From Octopus sinensis (Eukaryota): DNA of 64,000 nt. The position numbers were made by a program, and so were the translations under genes. Where the stretch lies: positions 70,742,001-70,806,000 of the forward strand of contig NC_043000.1 of the NCBI RefSeq assembly GCF_006345805.1, written 5' to 3'. Under the pieces are notes generated by a model that was not told the DNA's origin, did no database searches, and saw only the letters and a list, made by a program, of their open reading frames with translations. Below, piece after piece: positions 1-12,914 of the stretch (the stretch's first letter is position 1; the number at the start of each line of letters is the position of its first letter).

Positions 1-182
1 TCTCTTGATACCCTACCCCTATTGCAATTCTATATTTAAGAGATAAGGAATTATTTACATTTGACTGATATTTGTCCTCATCTTGTTTGTTGTTAACACG
101 TTTTGGCTGAAATTTTGAACATGATTTCTCATTCCTAAGGTATTATTCAATGTTATTATTATTATTATTATTATTACTACTC

Positions 183-258
183 AGGTAACTGCCTGGAATT
201 GAACTCGGAATCTTGGGGTTAGTAGCACATGCTCTTAACCACTACACCATATGCCCGT
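183..258 (-). repeat. tRNA-derived repeat head with pol III A/B boxes; not a functional tRNA
   Basis: The reverse complement reads GGGCATATGGTGTAGTGGTTAAGAGC...GAGTTCAATTCC, followed by (TAA)n. Confidence 0.55.
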
Positions 259-269
259 GGGCAATTATG

Positions 270-1045
270 GAGTGAATTTTAGGGCTTATAAATCTAATAT
301 TTTCCTATCCTTCCTTAATACCAGTTCCCATATGCTATTCATATCTGCTTTGGAGGTTGTTGTGTTCTAACATATGTGCTGCTTCTTTTAGTTTTCCTAT
401 TTTCCAGTCGTGTTCTCTGTCTATTATTTTAACTTCATCCCACAGGGGGAAGAGGTCCCCATTTTCCCATACATGATCAGCTATACCTGATTTATCAATA
501 TCTCTTCATGTCACAGCTTTGCGATGTTCCTCTACCCTTATTTTGAGGGGGCAGCATGTTTTGCCTTTGTGTAACCTACCACAGCTGCATGGGATGGAGT
601 ACATGCAGTTTTTTGTTCATATTCTCTTCTTTTGGTGGTTTTACTCAAAGGAGATATTTGCGAAGTGTTGAATACTCTTGAATACTGTCCTGATGTCATA
701 TGGGCTGCATATCTTTTGTATCTTTTCAGAGAGGCCTTTCACATAGGGTAGACAGACTGTGGACAGTTTATTGGTTTTATCTTCTCTTTTCTTCATAATT
801 GGTGTGGATAGTATGTTTTTGGGGTAGTTGTTGTTTAATAGATTGTTACTGAGCTTGATCATTTCTCTGTGGTTGGTATCATGATCACTACTTATATTCT
901 TTGCTTGATGATTTAGGCGCTGAGCAATCCCTTTCTTTACACTGTATGGATGGTGGGAATTAAAAAAAATATTCATTCTTGTTCTTAGTTTTTCCTTTTC
1001 TTCAAATTGTCTTGAATGTATAGGTGTAAACAATACTACCATTGC
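270..1045 (-). mobile_element. Penelope-like retroelement fragment (RT C-terminus plus GIY-YIG endonuclease), frameshifted
   Basis: ORF 641-1042 (SHHPYSVKKGIAQRL...NNYP...LPYVKGLSEKI) is followed in another frame by CMYSIPCSCGRLHKGKTCCPLKIRVEEHRK, a GIY-YIG-like segment. Confidence 0.8.
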
Positions 1046-2284
1046 TAAGATCTCCCTTGACCTTTGGTTTTACTCCCACTACACCACAAAACCCCTTATT
1101 TCAGTTCTTATTGTCCATGATTTATCTTTTACCCATTGAATACTATTAATACCAATTTCTCAACTAGTTGTCACAGCTACTTTTTCTTCTATGACATGCT
1201 ACATGTATAGACATATAATTTCTTACTCTCCAACGAAGGGCCCTGCTCGAAATGTTACTCCCTTCCTCTTCCTTATGGCAAAGTGACTACATTAAGTATA
1301 TTAGTTCACACTTAACTATATCTTCTTCATGCAAAAGACATTCCTGAGAAATTTTCTGATATAATATAATTTATATCATTAGTTTGCAATTTGAATAAGC
1401 AATTTGGGTGTGAAGGAGAAAAGTTAACATTTTTGAACAGAACTCTCCATAGAAAGACCCTGCTTGAAACTTCAAACTTTTCTTCAAGACAAAATAATTT
1501 GTGCCAACTCAGGCCATCACTAGTCTCCTGGAATTCTAGTGTTACTCTTTGTCAACTTGGATACATGATATTTAATCATTTAATAAGCTGAGTTTCTTTA
1601 ACATTGAATATTCATATTATCCCCCTTAGATCAGGACAGTGTACTAGAGAAAGCAGCATTCCTTAATGTTGTGATAATAGTAATTATCAAAGAGGGTACC
1701 TGCACATGATACTCAACCAGCTAAAAAAAAAAAAGGCAGCCAAATCTCCTTCAAATCACATCTAATGGTTAAGAAAGAAAAAAGACACACTGAACAACGT
1801 AGTGCAAAGTAAGTAATTCCTGAAAAAGACTGAATGGTTATGATTTGCATGCCTTTCATTAAAGATGATGTCAGGCTAAACATCAACTTCTAGGTACTTT
1901 TCTACCTACTTTATCTGATACTTCCACATTATTGGTAATTCTAAGTTATTCCTTTATTAATCTTGTTTTTTTTCTACAGATGACACATTTAACAAATTGT
2001 AACAACAGAGGCATGTGAAGCACACAGGGGGCCAACCCTTCCACTTCAAATGTTATATATATATTTATATTCCTGTATGTTATATTTTAATAATTACTGG
2101 TATCTTTATATATTAATTTATTTTATATGTAAAGCATATGTTATACATGTATGTATATTCTTGTAATTGTCATTTTAGTAAATAAATAAAATAAGCTGAC
2201 ATAATATAATGTCTAAAAGTTAATGAAGCACCTATTGATCCCCTCCATTTTCTTATTGTTCTTCTCTCTCTCTATATATATATA

Positions 2285-2880
2285 TATCTTTTACTTGTTT
2301 TAGTCATTGGACTGCAGCCATGCTGGGACACTGCCCTGAAGAGTTTAGTCAAACATATAACTGTACTTATTTCTTTTTAAAGCTTGGTACTTATTATATC
2401 AGTTTCTTTTGCTGAACTGCTAAGCTATGGGGATGTAAACCAACACTAGTTATCAAGCAGTGGTAGGGGGAAAACACAGACACACACACATATATATATA
2501 TGAGGGAGCACTGAAAAGTTCCTGGCTTTGGGTAAAAAGAAAATACAGGAGGATCAGTTATGAGTTTATTCAACATATCCCCCTCTAAGATTCACACACT
2601 TATTGCAGTGGCCCTTCAGTATTTCTAAACTCTGTAAAAGAACTCAGAAGGTCATGTCTCCAAACAACCCTTTCGTGATACCCTTAAAGCCAGGATTTTT
2701 TTAGCACTCCCTCATATACATGACAAGCTTCTTTTAGTTTTTGTCCACTAAATCCACTCACAAGGCTTTGATTGGCCTGGGGCTATAGTAGAAGATATTT
2801 GCCCAAGGTGCCACAGAGTTGGACTGAACAAGGGACCATGTGGTTGGGAAGTAAACTTCTTACCACACAGCCACTCCTTT
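2285..2880 (-). mobile_element. SINE family A copy, interrupted by a MITE
   Basis: Head, central (CA/TA)n tract and tail match the better-preserved copy at 18325-18730. Confidence 0.7.
2501..2714. mobile_element. Mariner-type MITE, TA-flanked
   Basis: Imperfect terminal inverted repeats (TIRs) of about 28 bp (tgagggagcactgaaaagttcctggcttt / aaagccaggatttttttagcactccctca); no ORF. Confidence 0.7.
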
Positions 2881-3002
2881 GCCTATAAATCTGTAATGCA
2901 AATGTACTTCATCTACCCAGCCATCATACTTAAAATATTACTTTTGTTTCCATCATAATCTAATCTAAAAACATTATAAAATTAAAATATGTACTTCAGA
3001 TA

Positions 3003-3006
<4 letters not shown>

Positions 3007-3081
<75 letters not shown>
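3007..3081. repeat. (GA)n microsatellite
   Basis: Uninterrupted GA dinucleotide run. Confidence 0.95.
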
Positions 3082-3083
<2 letters not shown>

Positions 3084-3160
3084 AAGTATTGTTGCAAAAT
3101 ATATCTTATTTCCTTCTTTCTGAGAGAGTTTACACAAATTCTGATATGTTCTTATAAATA

Positions 3161-4416
3161 TTGGATCATCACATAAATAATGTTTTTTTTTATACTTCTT
3201 TTATTTTCCAAAATTAAGAAGAACAATGTTCTTTCTTAATCTAAAATATACTCTCCTTCATTTTCTACAATGCTCTTTCATCAATATGGTAGATTTGCAG
3301 GGCCCCTTTTCCAAAATTCACTTATCTGTGACAAAAAATACTTCTCTAGTACTGTTCTGACCTCGTCTACAGTATTCATATTTTTTCTGTTCAAATGATT
3401 TTGAAGACTGCAGAATAAATGATAATCAGATGGGGAAACGCATGGTGAATATGGTAGGTGGAGCATTGTTTCCCATTGAAACTGCTCCAGCCTTTGGAAT
3501 GTCATCTTCACTGTATGTGGCTGAGCATTATCCTGATGGAAGAACACCTTTCGTCTTGAAACCAAAGATGGTCATTTTTCTTCTAGCACTGACTTAAGCC
3601 ACTCAAGCTGCTCACAGTAGATCTCCTTTGTTATTGTTTGGTTTGGATTTAAAAGTTCAAAGTGGACTAAACCTTTCATATCCCACCAAACAAATAACAA
3701 CACCTTAGGTGGGTGAAGACCTGGGGTGCCTGTGTTTCTCCTTTCCCTACTCCCTGTCTTTTGCGCTTGACACTTTTATAGAGAACCCAGTCACTATTCA
3801 GTCTAAAAACAGTTCATTCATGAGATGTGACAGCAAAGAAGAGCACACATTCACTCTCTGTGTGTGATTAGACTCAGAAAGTTTGTGAGGAACCCATTGA
3901 CCCACTTTGCTGAATTTTACAATGGTATGCAGGTGTCAATGAATGGTTGAATGACCAAGTCCAAGCTTCACTGGTAGTTTCTTAACAATTACGATGGGAT
4001 TTTGTTCCACCAGGGTTTGCAGGACATTCTTGTCAAGCTCTATAAATCTTTCAAGATGAGGCTCATGTTCTAGGCTGCAGTTTCTGGCTTGGAATGTCTG
4101 GAACCACCACTGACACTGGCTTACACTTATTGTCTGACCCCCATATACTGCATTAACATTCCTTGCAGTTTCCATTGTGTTGTTGCCTTTGTTGAACTCA
4201 TAAAGCAAAATATGCTCCTTTGTCATTTCCATTAAAGGTTTGAAAAAGTAACTGTTAAAATCGAACTGTACTCTTCAAAACTTACACTAAGAATAAGGAC
4301 AAAATAAAATTACTGTCTGCTTTTATAGCAAGTTGATGCAGGTAGTTTATCCCATCCCCCTCTGACTTTTAGCTCATGCAGTTGAAAAAACCCACATTAT
4401 TTATGAGATGACCCAA
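3161..4416 (-). mobile_element. Near full-length decayed mariner transposon
   Basis: TA|ttggatcatcacataaataatg ... cattatttatgagatgacccaa|TA TIRs. Transposase pieces at 3936-4232 (HTH region) and 3281-3565 (HQDNAQPH...LPYSPCVSPSDYHLF). Confidence 0.92.
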
Positions 4417-5303
4417 TAAAAAAATACATGCAAGCAAATATGTGTAAATATGAACTGGATGTCTGAATAATTTTTGCAAACTGAAATGGGACTCAATAAG
4501 TAGATTACAGTTTATGCTGCTTTATTCTGTTGTCAGTTTTAGATAAATTCTAAGTATGGATGAGTTTGTCGTCATAAACTGCAAGTGTTATAAAATTAAA
4601 TATGAGTGATTGCATTTTAGAGATTAATGTTCTTTTTTTACATTGGGCAATATTGATGAAAAAGTAATTTTTCATAAGTACATTCATACAGGCTGTAAAC
4701 TGACCCATTAAAGCATGTGATTTTGTATCCTGAATATTACTGTGTTGTAATGAACATAAATGTGTACAGACACTAGCATGAACACGTGGTTTGGTTTGCA
4801 ACCACATGGTTCTGAGTTCAATTCTACTGCACAACTACCTTTGGCCATAGTCCAAGTTGATTAATGCGTCGAGTGAAATTTGTTAAAACAGAAACCTGCA
4901 TTTTGTGTGTGTGTATATATATATATATATAAATAAATAACAAATGATGGATAGATGTCAATTCATTACAACCGTTTCTAACAAATTCTTTAACTGATCA
5001 ATGAGCACATATCATTATAAAAAACTTTTTCTTCAAATGAATACACAAATGTTACAATTAAGGACATTTAAAAAAAATGAAAGTCCATGGCACACATATT
5101 TGGTGTGATCAACATTTGTCATAGAATGTTATATATTTAATAAAATGTGCATTTCTGAATTAGCCCAAGGGCTGATGATATACTCAGTTGGGTTCGATTA
5201 ATTGCATACATAACCTGAATATCCTTCTGTACTGATGTTGTTAATCATCAATAATTGCTGTGTATGCATTTTAATTCTGATCTAACCTCGTGCCTTACCT
5301 GAA

Positions 5304-7322
5304 TCTCTCTATATATAAAATGCAGTGTGTCTGTCAGGTTGTACCCTCACCCTCACCACGGCTTTCAACCGATTCTGATGAAACTTGACACACACATAGC
5401 CCAATGTCGTAATTCAAAACTAACGCAGCGAAAATTTTGAAAAGTTCCCCCAGTTCTGAAAAAAATTGATAAATTTGACATGGGGTCGAGAATCTAAGCT
5501 TATCATTTTCCGTTGTAGTTTTCGCAACTTGCAATCGATTTTCACCAAACTCATGGTGAAGCTTAATGTTACCCTAAGGAACTTAATTCTCACGTTAGTT
5601 TTCCATGCAATACCTTACCATCAGAAAAAATCGATAAAATCATGCCATTTTGGGAAATCGCGTTCAAATTCAAGATGACATATTTTCGACAATATCTTTA
5701 ACAAATTGGCAGGAATTTTTTTTTAAATTCACAGCGAGCATCATGTCTGCTCCAAGGAGCTATATGGCCCTTTTGATTCCAATAGGATACGTTATTACTG
5801 GAAAAAATCGGTTAAATACATCATATGTGGCACACATAGCAAACCGATTTTTCTGCGATATTTTTTGAAAATTCACATAGATTTTCCCTACACCGATGCT
5901 GGACATCAAGTTTGCATTAAATGTCAAACTAACGACCTTTTGTCAATGCAGTTAATAAGTATTGGGAGAAATCTACAAAACCATATCACTTTGAGACCGA
6001 CCATACGAACCCTACAAAACTGACTTTTGTTAAATAGTTGGCAGATTTCGGGTGATTTAGTCGATTTTTGACGCTTTTATCATAAAGGTTACTAGAAATG
6101 GCATATGTTTTCCTTTTGTTTCAAATCCGAGCAATGTTGGGCTGTAGATGCGTTTGCGGGTGTGTGCACACGTGTCCTTGACACGATGATTGCAGCTCTT
6201 CCCATTGGCTCCCCAAACGGTGAATAATGCTCTCAATTAAACACCCTTTGGCCAATCACATGTACTGACACACTCAGTTGTGCGCGTATAGTTTGTGACT
6301 CTCAACTTCTTCTCTCGGTTCACATGTTGGCCTACTTCTGCTAATCGCTGCTGCAGCCGCAAGTTATTCGAATACTTTTTTTGTTTAAACTTTCTTTATA
6401 ACTACCACCCCAAACGTTTTACCTTAAACTTTTGACGTATATTAAGGGTCCTCGGACGCTACTTGCAAACTCTTAATTTATTATAAGCTGCTTTTGTTGT
6501 GTGCACTAAAAAACCTTTTCCATTCGTTTGTTCACTTTTCGCTGTTGTCACTCACATTCCTGCCCACTTTTTTTCGTTTTTGTACATTTTTATACATTTT
6601 GGGATACTTATCCCACGTGTTCTTTTTTATTATACCTTTGCCAAACACATTGCTATCCACCAAAATGCCACCCAAGAAGAGAAGGACCCTCCTCAGCCCT
6701 CGGACGGCCAAGGCATCAGCTCCTAGGGCTAGAAGGGCACGCGAGACCCTTGAGGAAACCGCCTTGCGGCTCTCGCAAAAAGCTTCCCGTTCTGCCGCTG
6801 CTCAGGCATCTGAAACTACTAGTGACCGTTCTACCCGACTTGCAAGGGCCGCAGCGTACAGATCTTCCCTCCGCTCAAGGTTGACAAAAGAGCAATAGTC
6901 CAGCCAAAACATGCGGGCTTCTTCCTGTACTTCCATCCACAGAGCTCACAAGAACCCCAAACAAAGGGCCATTCGGAATGCGGCTAACGCCGCTAGCACC
7001 GCCAGGACATGATCTGTCAAAACCCCACAGCAGAGAACTTGCCAAGCTGCTGACGCCACAAACACAGCCATGGCCCGATCTGCCGAAACACCTCAACAGA
7101 AGAGAGCTCGCCAAGCTGCTGACGCCGCAAACACAGCCACGGCTCGAACAAAACCAGAAAATGCACTTTGACTGTCATAGATTTTCTTCATGCATGCAAG
7201 GGAACGGTGCCTTGAATGCCTTAAAAGCTTCATTTTACAAAATAACAGTTCAATGAGTACAAAAAAGGTAAAGGGCATTGCTTATCGACAAAGTTTCTTA
7301 CATACCCGGGCTATGCTGCTAG
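5304..7322 (+). mobile_element. Internally deleted Helitron retaining the RepHel N-terminus with STPR-like repeats
   Basis: A|TC...CTAG|T junctions with no target-site duplication (TSD). The 5' ~200 bp and the 3' end are shared with the 429-bp element at 30676-31104. Internal decayed ORF starts at 6665. Confidence 0.8.
6665..7170 (+). pseudogene. Decayed Helitron ORF: MPPKKRR followed by six ~23-aa STPR-like repeats
   Basis: One reading frame with in-frame stops: ETLEETALRLSQKASRSAAAQAS / ETTSDRSTRLARAAAYRSSLRSR / LTKEQ*SSQNMRASSCTSIHRAH / KNPKQRAIRNAANAASTART*SV / KTPQQRTCQAADATNTAMARSA / ETPQQKRARQAADAANTATART. Confidence 0.7.
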
Positions 7323-7466
7323 TCTTAATATATATATGTGTGCACACACACAGTCAGGCAAGGACTGCTGATAGATTGATGCATCAAACTGAAGTATCTT
7401 GTGGTACGTATTCCTTGTGAGTGATGTCCCTTTATAGTAAGGAGGAGACATCCTTTTGATAAATTA

Positions 7467-9054
7467 CACTGGCGAAAATAAATTTAAGACTGATGATAAA
7501 AGTTCTATTTCTTACAAAATATTTTGTTACTAACACCATACAAATTATTTCTATCTTTTACACCTTATGCAGAATTTATTTCTCTTTCCAATGATGCAGA
7601 CAATAACTATTTTTATACAACTTGAAGAATTCTAATGCTAAATTAATATAAACGTTTCAAATTTACTGGCAAAATTAGTTTAAGACTGTATCATTATAAT
7701 TTTATTTAAAGCTTAAGATTGTAACAAAAATGAGCAACCAGAATGAAATACATATTAGTACTTTGTGCCGGAGCCTTTATTCTTAACAACGGCTGAACAA
7801 TGCGTTGACATTGAATTCGCTAAGTGATTACAAAATTCTATGGGAATGTTTTGCCATATTTCATTGATATAATCGAATAATTGTTTTAGATTAGATGGGT
7901 TTTTAGCATGGACTTTTTGGGAAACATAATTCACCAAGTTCCCAATCAGATTCAGGTCCGGGGTCTGGGGAGGCCATTCGATTACGTCAATATTATGGTG
8001 ATCAAAAAAATTCCATAACATTTTTGGCTTTGTGCACAAGACAACTGTCTTGCTGATAAAAAGCCCCCGGAGGCATTTGGTGAGTCAAATATGACACATT
8101 ATCCATTAGTAGATTCATATAACCTACACTATTGAGCTTTCCATCAACTTTAACTAGAGGGCCAACACCAAAGTTACTAAATGCTGCCCCCACCCCCACT
8201 TGCGCTATCTTTTTCATGCATTTCGGATGGAATTCCTTGGTTGGGCAATGTCTGACATATGTTTTATCATCTGATCCAAATATACAGAAGCGTGACTCAT
8301 CTTTGACAGTCCATCGAGCATGGCTTTTTGAGAAATTAAGGCGTTCGAGTCAATTTCTTTCAGATATTATTGGCTTTTTCCTAGCGATTCGTCCATGTAG
8401 TCCAAATTCTCTCAAACGGTTGCGGGTGGTTTGTGGTGTAAAAATAACACCATTCTCATTGGACAATCGTTTACAAATGTCAATAGTTGTCAGCATTCGG
8501 TTGCCTTCCGAAAGTCAGTGGATTCGACGGTCCAACTGTGCCGTTGTTTTTCTTGGGGCGCCAGTCCTTTGCTGATCTTTATATTGATCAGTCTCTGAGT
8601 ATAACTTCCACTCTTGCATGCAAGCTGTTTTACTGCACTTTAGTTGCTTGCTGATGTTTGAAAAGGAAACTTTTTGCTGGTGGAGTAATGTAATTTTTGC
8701 TCTTGTGACTGGATTGAGGCTACGTTGTTTTCCCATTATTAATCAATTGTATAATAACGTTAAATTATAACACTATATAGTGCAGTTAGTCATGTGACCA
8801 CCCATTTTGACAAAAAAATTTGGATACATATTACATGGTCTTAAACTAATTTTGCCGGTAAATTTGAAATGTTTATATTAATTTAGCATAAGAATTCTTC
8901 AAGTTGTATAAAATTAGTTGTCTGTGTCATTCGAAAGGGAAATACATTCTGCATAAGGTGTAAAAGATAAAAATAATTTGTATGGTGTTAGTAACAAAAT
9001 ATTTTGTAAGAAATAGAACTTTTATCATTGGTCTTAAATTTATTTTCGCCAGTG
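7467..9054 (-). mobile_element. Tc1-family transposon with long IR-DR termini and a frameshifted transposase
   Basis: TA-flanked; ~220-bp inverted repeats at 7467-7686 and 8838-9054, each with outer and inner ~23-bp direct repeats. Transposase pieces span 7755-8736 (FYQQD...H...WPPQTPDLNLI). Confidence 0.92.
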
Positions 9055-10309
9055 TAAGTTCTTGGGTCAATAGACTCTTGAATGCAATGTTTCAGCACAG
9101 CTACAACCTAAAGACTGAAACCACTGCAAGAATCTGTCCTTTCTTTCTACAATATCATTTCTCCACACCAATGCTACCACTCACAACTTAGTGTAGACTG
9201 TCACTTTAACACACCCTGATAACCCTCATCAAATCAATAGTCCTGCAACTATTCTGATACATCAGTGTGGCCTTTGAACTTACACTGTCTTGAGACAACT
9301 ATTGCATACACATCCTATTTTGCCCCTTGAACTACCCCTCACTAAAAATACTAAACTTGTCATTTATGAGCACAAAAAACTTAAAACCTACTTCAACTGT
9401 TAACCTGCACTCAACCTGGGGGAGCAAGCTGTAGATGGCCTTGTCCACTTACAACACATTATTACAAGACACCACATAATCTACAGCTGCTTTTGGTACA
9501 TAGACTGTACTGCAGACCTAGAAAATAGCACAAATACTTGACACCACCACACCTTCATACACAGCCATAGATAAACACAAACCATAAATACATACACAAA
9601 ACACGGATATATCCACTTCACAACACCACCACACATACTTAAATACAAATCCATGCATACACACAGGCAAACACATGCAGATTAACACCTTAGAGCTACA
9701 CTAACCACACACCTGCAACATCAATATTGACCAGAAGTCAATTGCATACACTAGCCAAAAAACAAAAGCTACATATATGCATATATACTAACATATAAAT
9801 ATACAGTAAGACATACATTGAATCTGATTACATTTACATTTATACACACAAACGAGAAAAGATTTCAGACTTTAAGACACCTCTATGAAGTTTACCTCCA
9901 TAAATCTCCAACTATTGTCCCTAAAATTTTCTTTCTTACTTCATCTCACAACTTATTTATGAAATCTTCACATACATATTAACTGCTTATCCCATAGATA
10001 CCTACACATACACACACCAACACTGAAACTGATCATCAACTAAAACATACAATAGCCCAAACTAAACATACCCATTTATACAATGCACACAAACTATAAC
10101 ATGGTACCTAATACATTCAGCTACCCAGTGTATTCTGAAAATGTACTCAATATGCATAGAAATTATTTGGTCCCTATATGAATCTAGTCATCATCACTGA
10201 ACCAGCTGAAATGGATGAGCATCCCATAGGGCCTTTTACTAAGAAACATACTTTACAAAACACGTATTAAGTATTCATTTAAACTATGGTCTTTCCAGTT
10301 CCACACTGG

Positions 10310-10600
10310 GCTGCTTCTCAACCACATGGTGTCAAGTTCAGTCAATCAAAGCCTTGTGAGTGGATTTGGTAGACAGAAACTGAAAGAAACCTGTTTATAT
10401 ATGTATATTTGTCCCCCCGCTATCGCTCGACAACTGATGTTGGTGTGTTTACAACCCTATAACTTAGCAGTTTGGCAAAAGAGACCAATAGAATAAGCAC
10501 TAGGCTTACAAAGAAATCATCCTGGGGTTGATTTCTTTGACTAAAACCCTTGAAGGTGGTGTTCCAGCATGGCCACAGTCAAATGATTGGAATGTGTAAA
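10310..10600 (+). mobile_element. SINE family A copy
   Basis: aaccacatgg...gtgagtggatttggtagacagaaactgaaag...ccagcatggccacagtcaaatga. Confidence 0.75.
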
Positions 10601-10869
10601 AAAATATATATGACCAAAAAGTAGCAGGACTGTTGCTATGGTAATAGAGTTAAAGTACACAGAGTGAAGCCCCTTGGCATAGATTGACCTTGAACTTTGT
10701 TATGCATGCACACTAAGTTGATGCTCTCACTCACTTTCATTGTTTATAGCAGTACTTAGAAGTGTGTAGTGTGGGGTCCTCTTACAAAGAACATCGAGTT
10801 TCAGCTGTACAGGCTCTCCTAGATTGCCAAGGAAGGCAAAAACTTTGGAAACAGTCATAACAGGTCTAT

Positions 10870-11103
10870 GATCCTGAAACCAAGTCTCAGTCTTTACAGT
10901 GGAAGACCCACAACATGATTTCACATCAAGGAAATCCAAGAGGATGCAATGAGGCAGCTGCTTACTATCCCCACCAAAAAGAGTTTCCAGGAAAACTTCT
11001 ATCAATGGAAATAATGCTGGGTAAAGTGTGTAACTTCATAAGGAGACTACTTCGAAGATGAAATGTAGAAAAACCAGTTCCCAATATTTTTTGATCAGGC
11101 CTC

Positions 11104-11104
<1 letters not shown>
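10870..11104 (+). mobile_element. Mariner 3' fragment
   Basis: Decayed transposase C-terminus (KEIQEDAMRQLLTIP...FYQWK*CWVKCVTS*GDYFE) ending in a TIR-like ttttttgatcaggcctca|TA. Confidence 0.55.
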
Positions 11105-11136
<32 letters not shown>

Positions 11137-11406
11137 AGCAAGACATGATCCTCCAACTTGTCTAGAAGGGCACTAACTCTGAATAACAACTGACTTGGAT
11201 ACTGATGATTTGTCTCATCATGCTTGCATAGGAAGTAATGTTCTACATAATTTTATATACATATTTTTAAACTAGCAAAAATAGGTGTTTTAATCATATT
11301 CTTTACATTTGTCAAATATAAACATTGTTCTCCAATTTTTTTTCCCAGAGTTTACACTGCTGAAAAACAAATGTATCTGTTATTTAATTTCGGAAATTAT
11401 ATTTAA

Positions 11407-11617
11407 CCCTTTAGCATTTAAACCGGCCAAAAGTATTCTGCCTGTTTTATGTTCAAACTGGCCATATCTGGTCTCTCACACCAACCCTACAATATCATCT
11501 TAAAAATTAACAGCTACCTCATCAAAATCTCATAGCTACAAGATAAGGCATGATTAGTTCAAAACAATGTGGATAAAAAAAGATTAATTTTGGCAGAATA
11601 ATGCGAACACTAAAGGG
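11407..11617. mobile_element. piggyBac-like MITE (211 bp)
   Basis: TTAA|CCCTTTAG ... CTAAAGGG|TTAA. Confidence 0.75.
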
Positions 11618-12914
11618 TTAAATATACATACATTAAGAAAACAGACAAGAGTTACATTTTAGAAATTTCATATTATTTTGTGGAACAATGGCCATTTGGC
11701 AAAATTCGTATTTGAAACCACTGTAACCTGTACTCCAAAGCCGGAGTGTTAAGACAGATCCTTCTGGTAGTGTAAAACACTCATGGCAGCATCATGTAAA
11801 AGCACCCAGCACACTCTACAAAGTGGCTGGCATTAAGGGCATCCAGCCTTGCCAAACCAGACTGGAGTCTGGTACAGCTCCCCAGCTCTGGTCAAAACGT
11901 CCAACTTATGCCAGCATGGACAACGGATGTTAAATGATGTTGTAAATGGTTTTAAATCTGAAATCAGTTATCTATAAAATTTCTTAAGATTCAACCATTG
12001 AAACAAGAATAGAGAGTGTTCAATATATTAATGGAGAAAGTCTGGCATCACAGACTTCAGTGGTTTGGCCAGGTCTGCAAAATAAGTACCAGAAGACAAT
12101 CACACCAACTTTTGTGGTGGCACTGACTCACACACTGGAGAATCCAGTGCAGTGTACCAAAGACCTGGGTAATACAAATTGGAGAAGACCTGAGGTTGTA
12201 GTATCTTGACCTCGAGCATGCTAAAGCTAGCACTATGGATTGAAAAGCATCACTAGAGTTCGTCATCCAGTAGCATACTGGTTGAGAGGACAGCCTCCCC
12301 TTCCAGTTGTGAGCTAGGGAATAAAGAATGACGAAAGGACTGTAGACTTAATCTAGTTTAACTCTCTTGATACCAACCAGACCAAGATCATCCTTAGTTC
12401 TTCAAATTAAAACTATGAAAACCAAAATGTCTTGTAAATTTGTTCCCAACCAGCTTAATAAAAGTTGTTTAATGAAAGTCATTATTTTCAAAATTAATTT
12501 AAACAGGGGCAGTGGGTTTCATCAGAATTATGATGAACAAAAGGGTTAAATAATCTCACTAAATTAAATATCCAAATAGTCTAATGTAATAATTTTCTTT
12601 TGTGTAGACATGATCTGTGATAGTAAAGGATTAAAAAAAAAACTTTAGTAATTTTTAAAAACTATTTTCTTTGCCATACATATCCTCTTCCTTCTAATCC
12701 AGTTTTCCAAATTTATGGAGTTGCATAGAATTCAACCTCTTGAAAACTCACTTGTCTCACAGAGTGTTATGTACAAAATCTTCGAACTTCACAAGCCATT
12801 ACAATTTGAAAACTCATTTTCAGCATTCTATAGCATTTGTAATAATTCAAAGCAAGAGTGTTGTATGTTATAATCTTTTAAAGTTCCAATCGAATATATA
12901 TATATGTATGTACA

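Noticed and set aside
95-115. Half hammerhead-like cagccaaaacg on the minus strand beside the Penelope fragment
   Set aside because: The CTGATGA half is absent, so no fold can be built from this copy.
183-258. tRNA-like sequence
   Set aside because: A/B boxes are present but there is no clean cloverleaf or acceptor stem; treated as a SINE-type head. No genuine tRNA or rRNA gene was found.
1226-1256. ccaacgaagggccctgctcgaaatg, a hammerhead-like spacing
   Set aside because: Two changes in the CUGANGA core and no convincing stem I or III.
10172-10229. Minus-strand candidate last exon KRPYGMLIHFSWFSDDD*, possibly paired with MINYIIHSWDGSCKGEIISEE near 14175-14240
   Set aside because: No recognisable homology, weak splice sites, and no supporting intermediate exons; a divergent gene cannot be supported.
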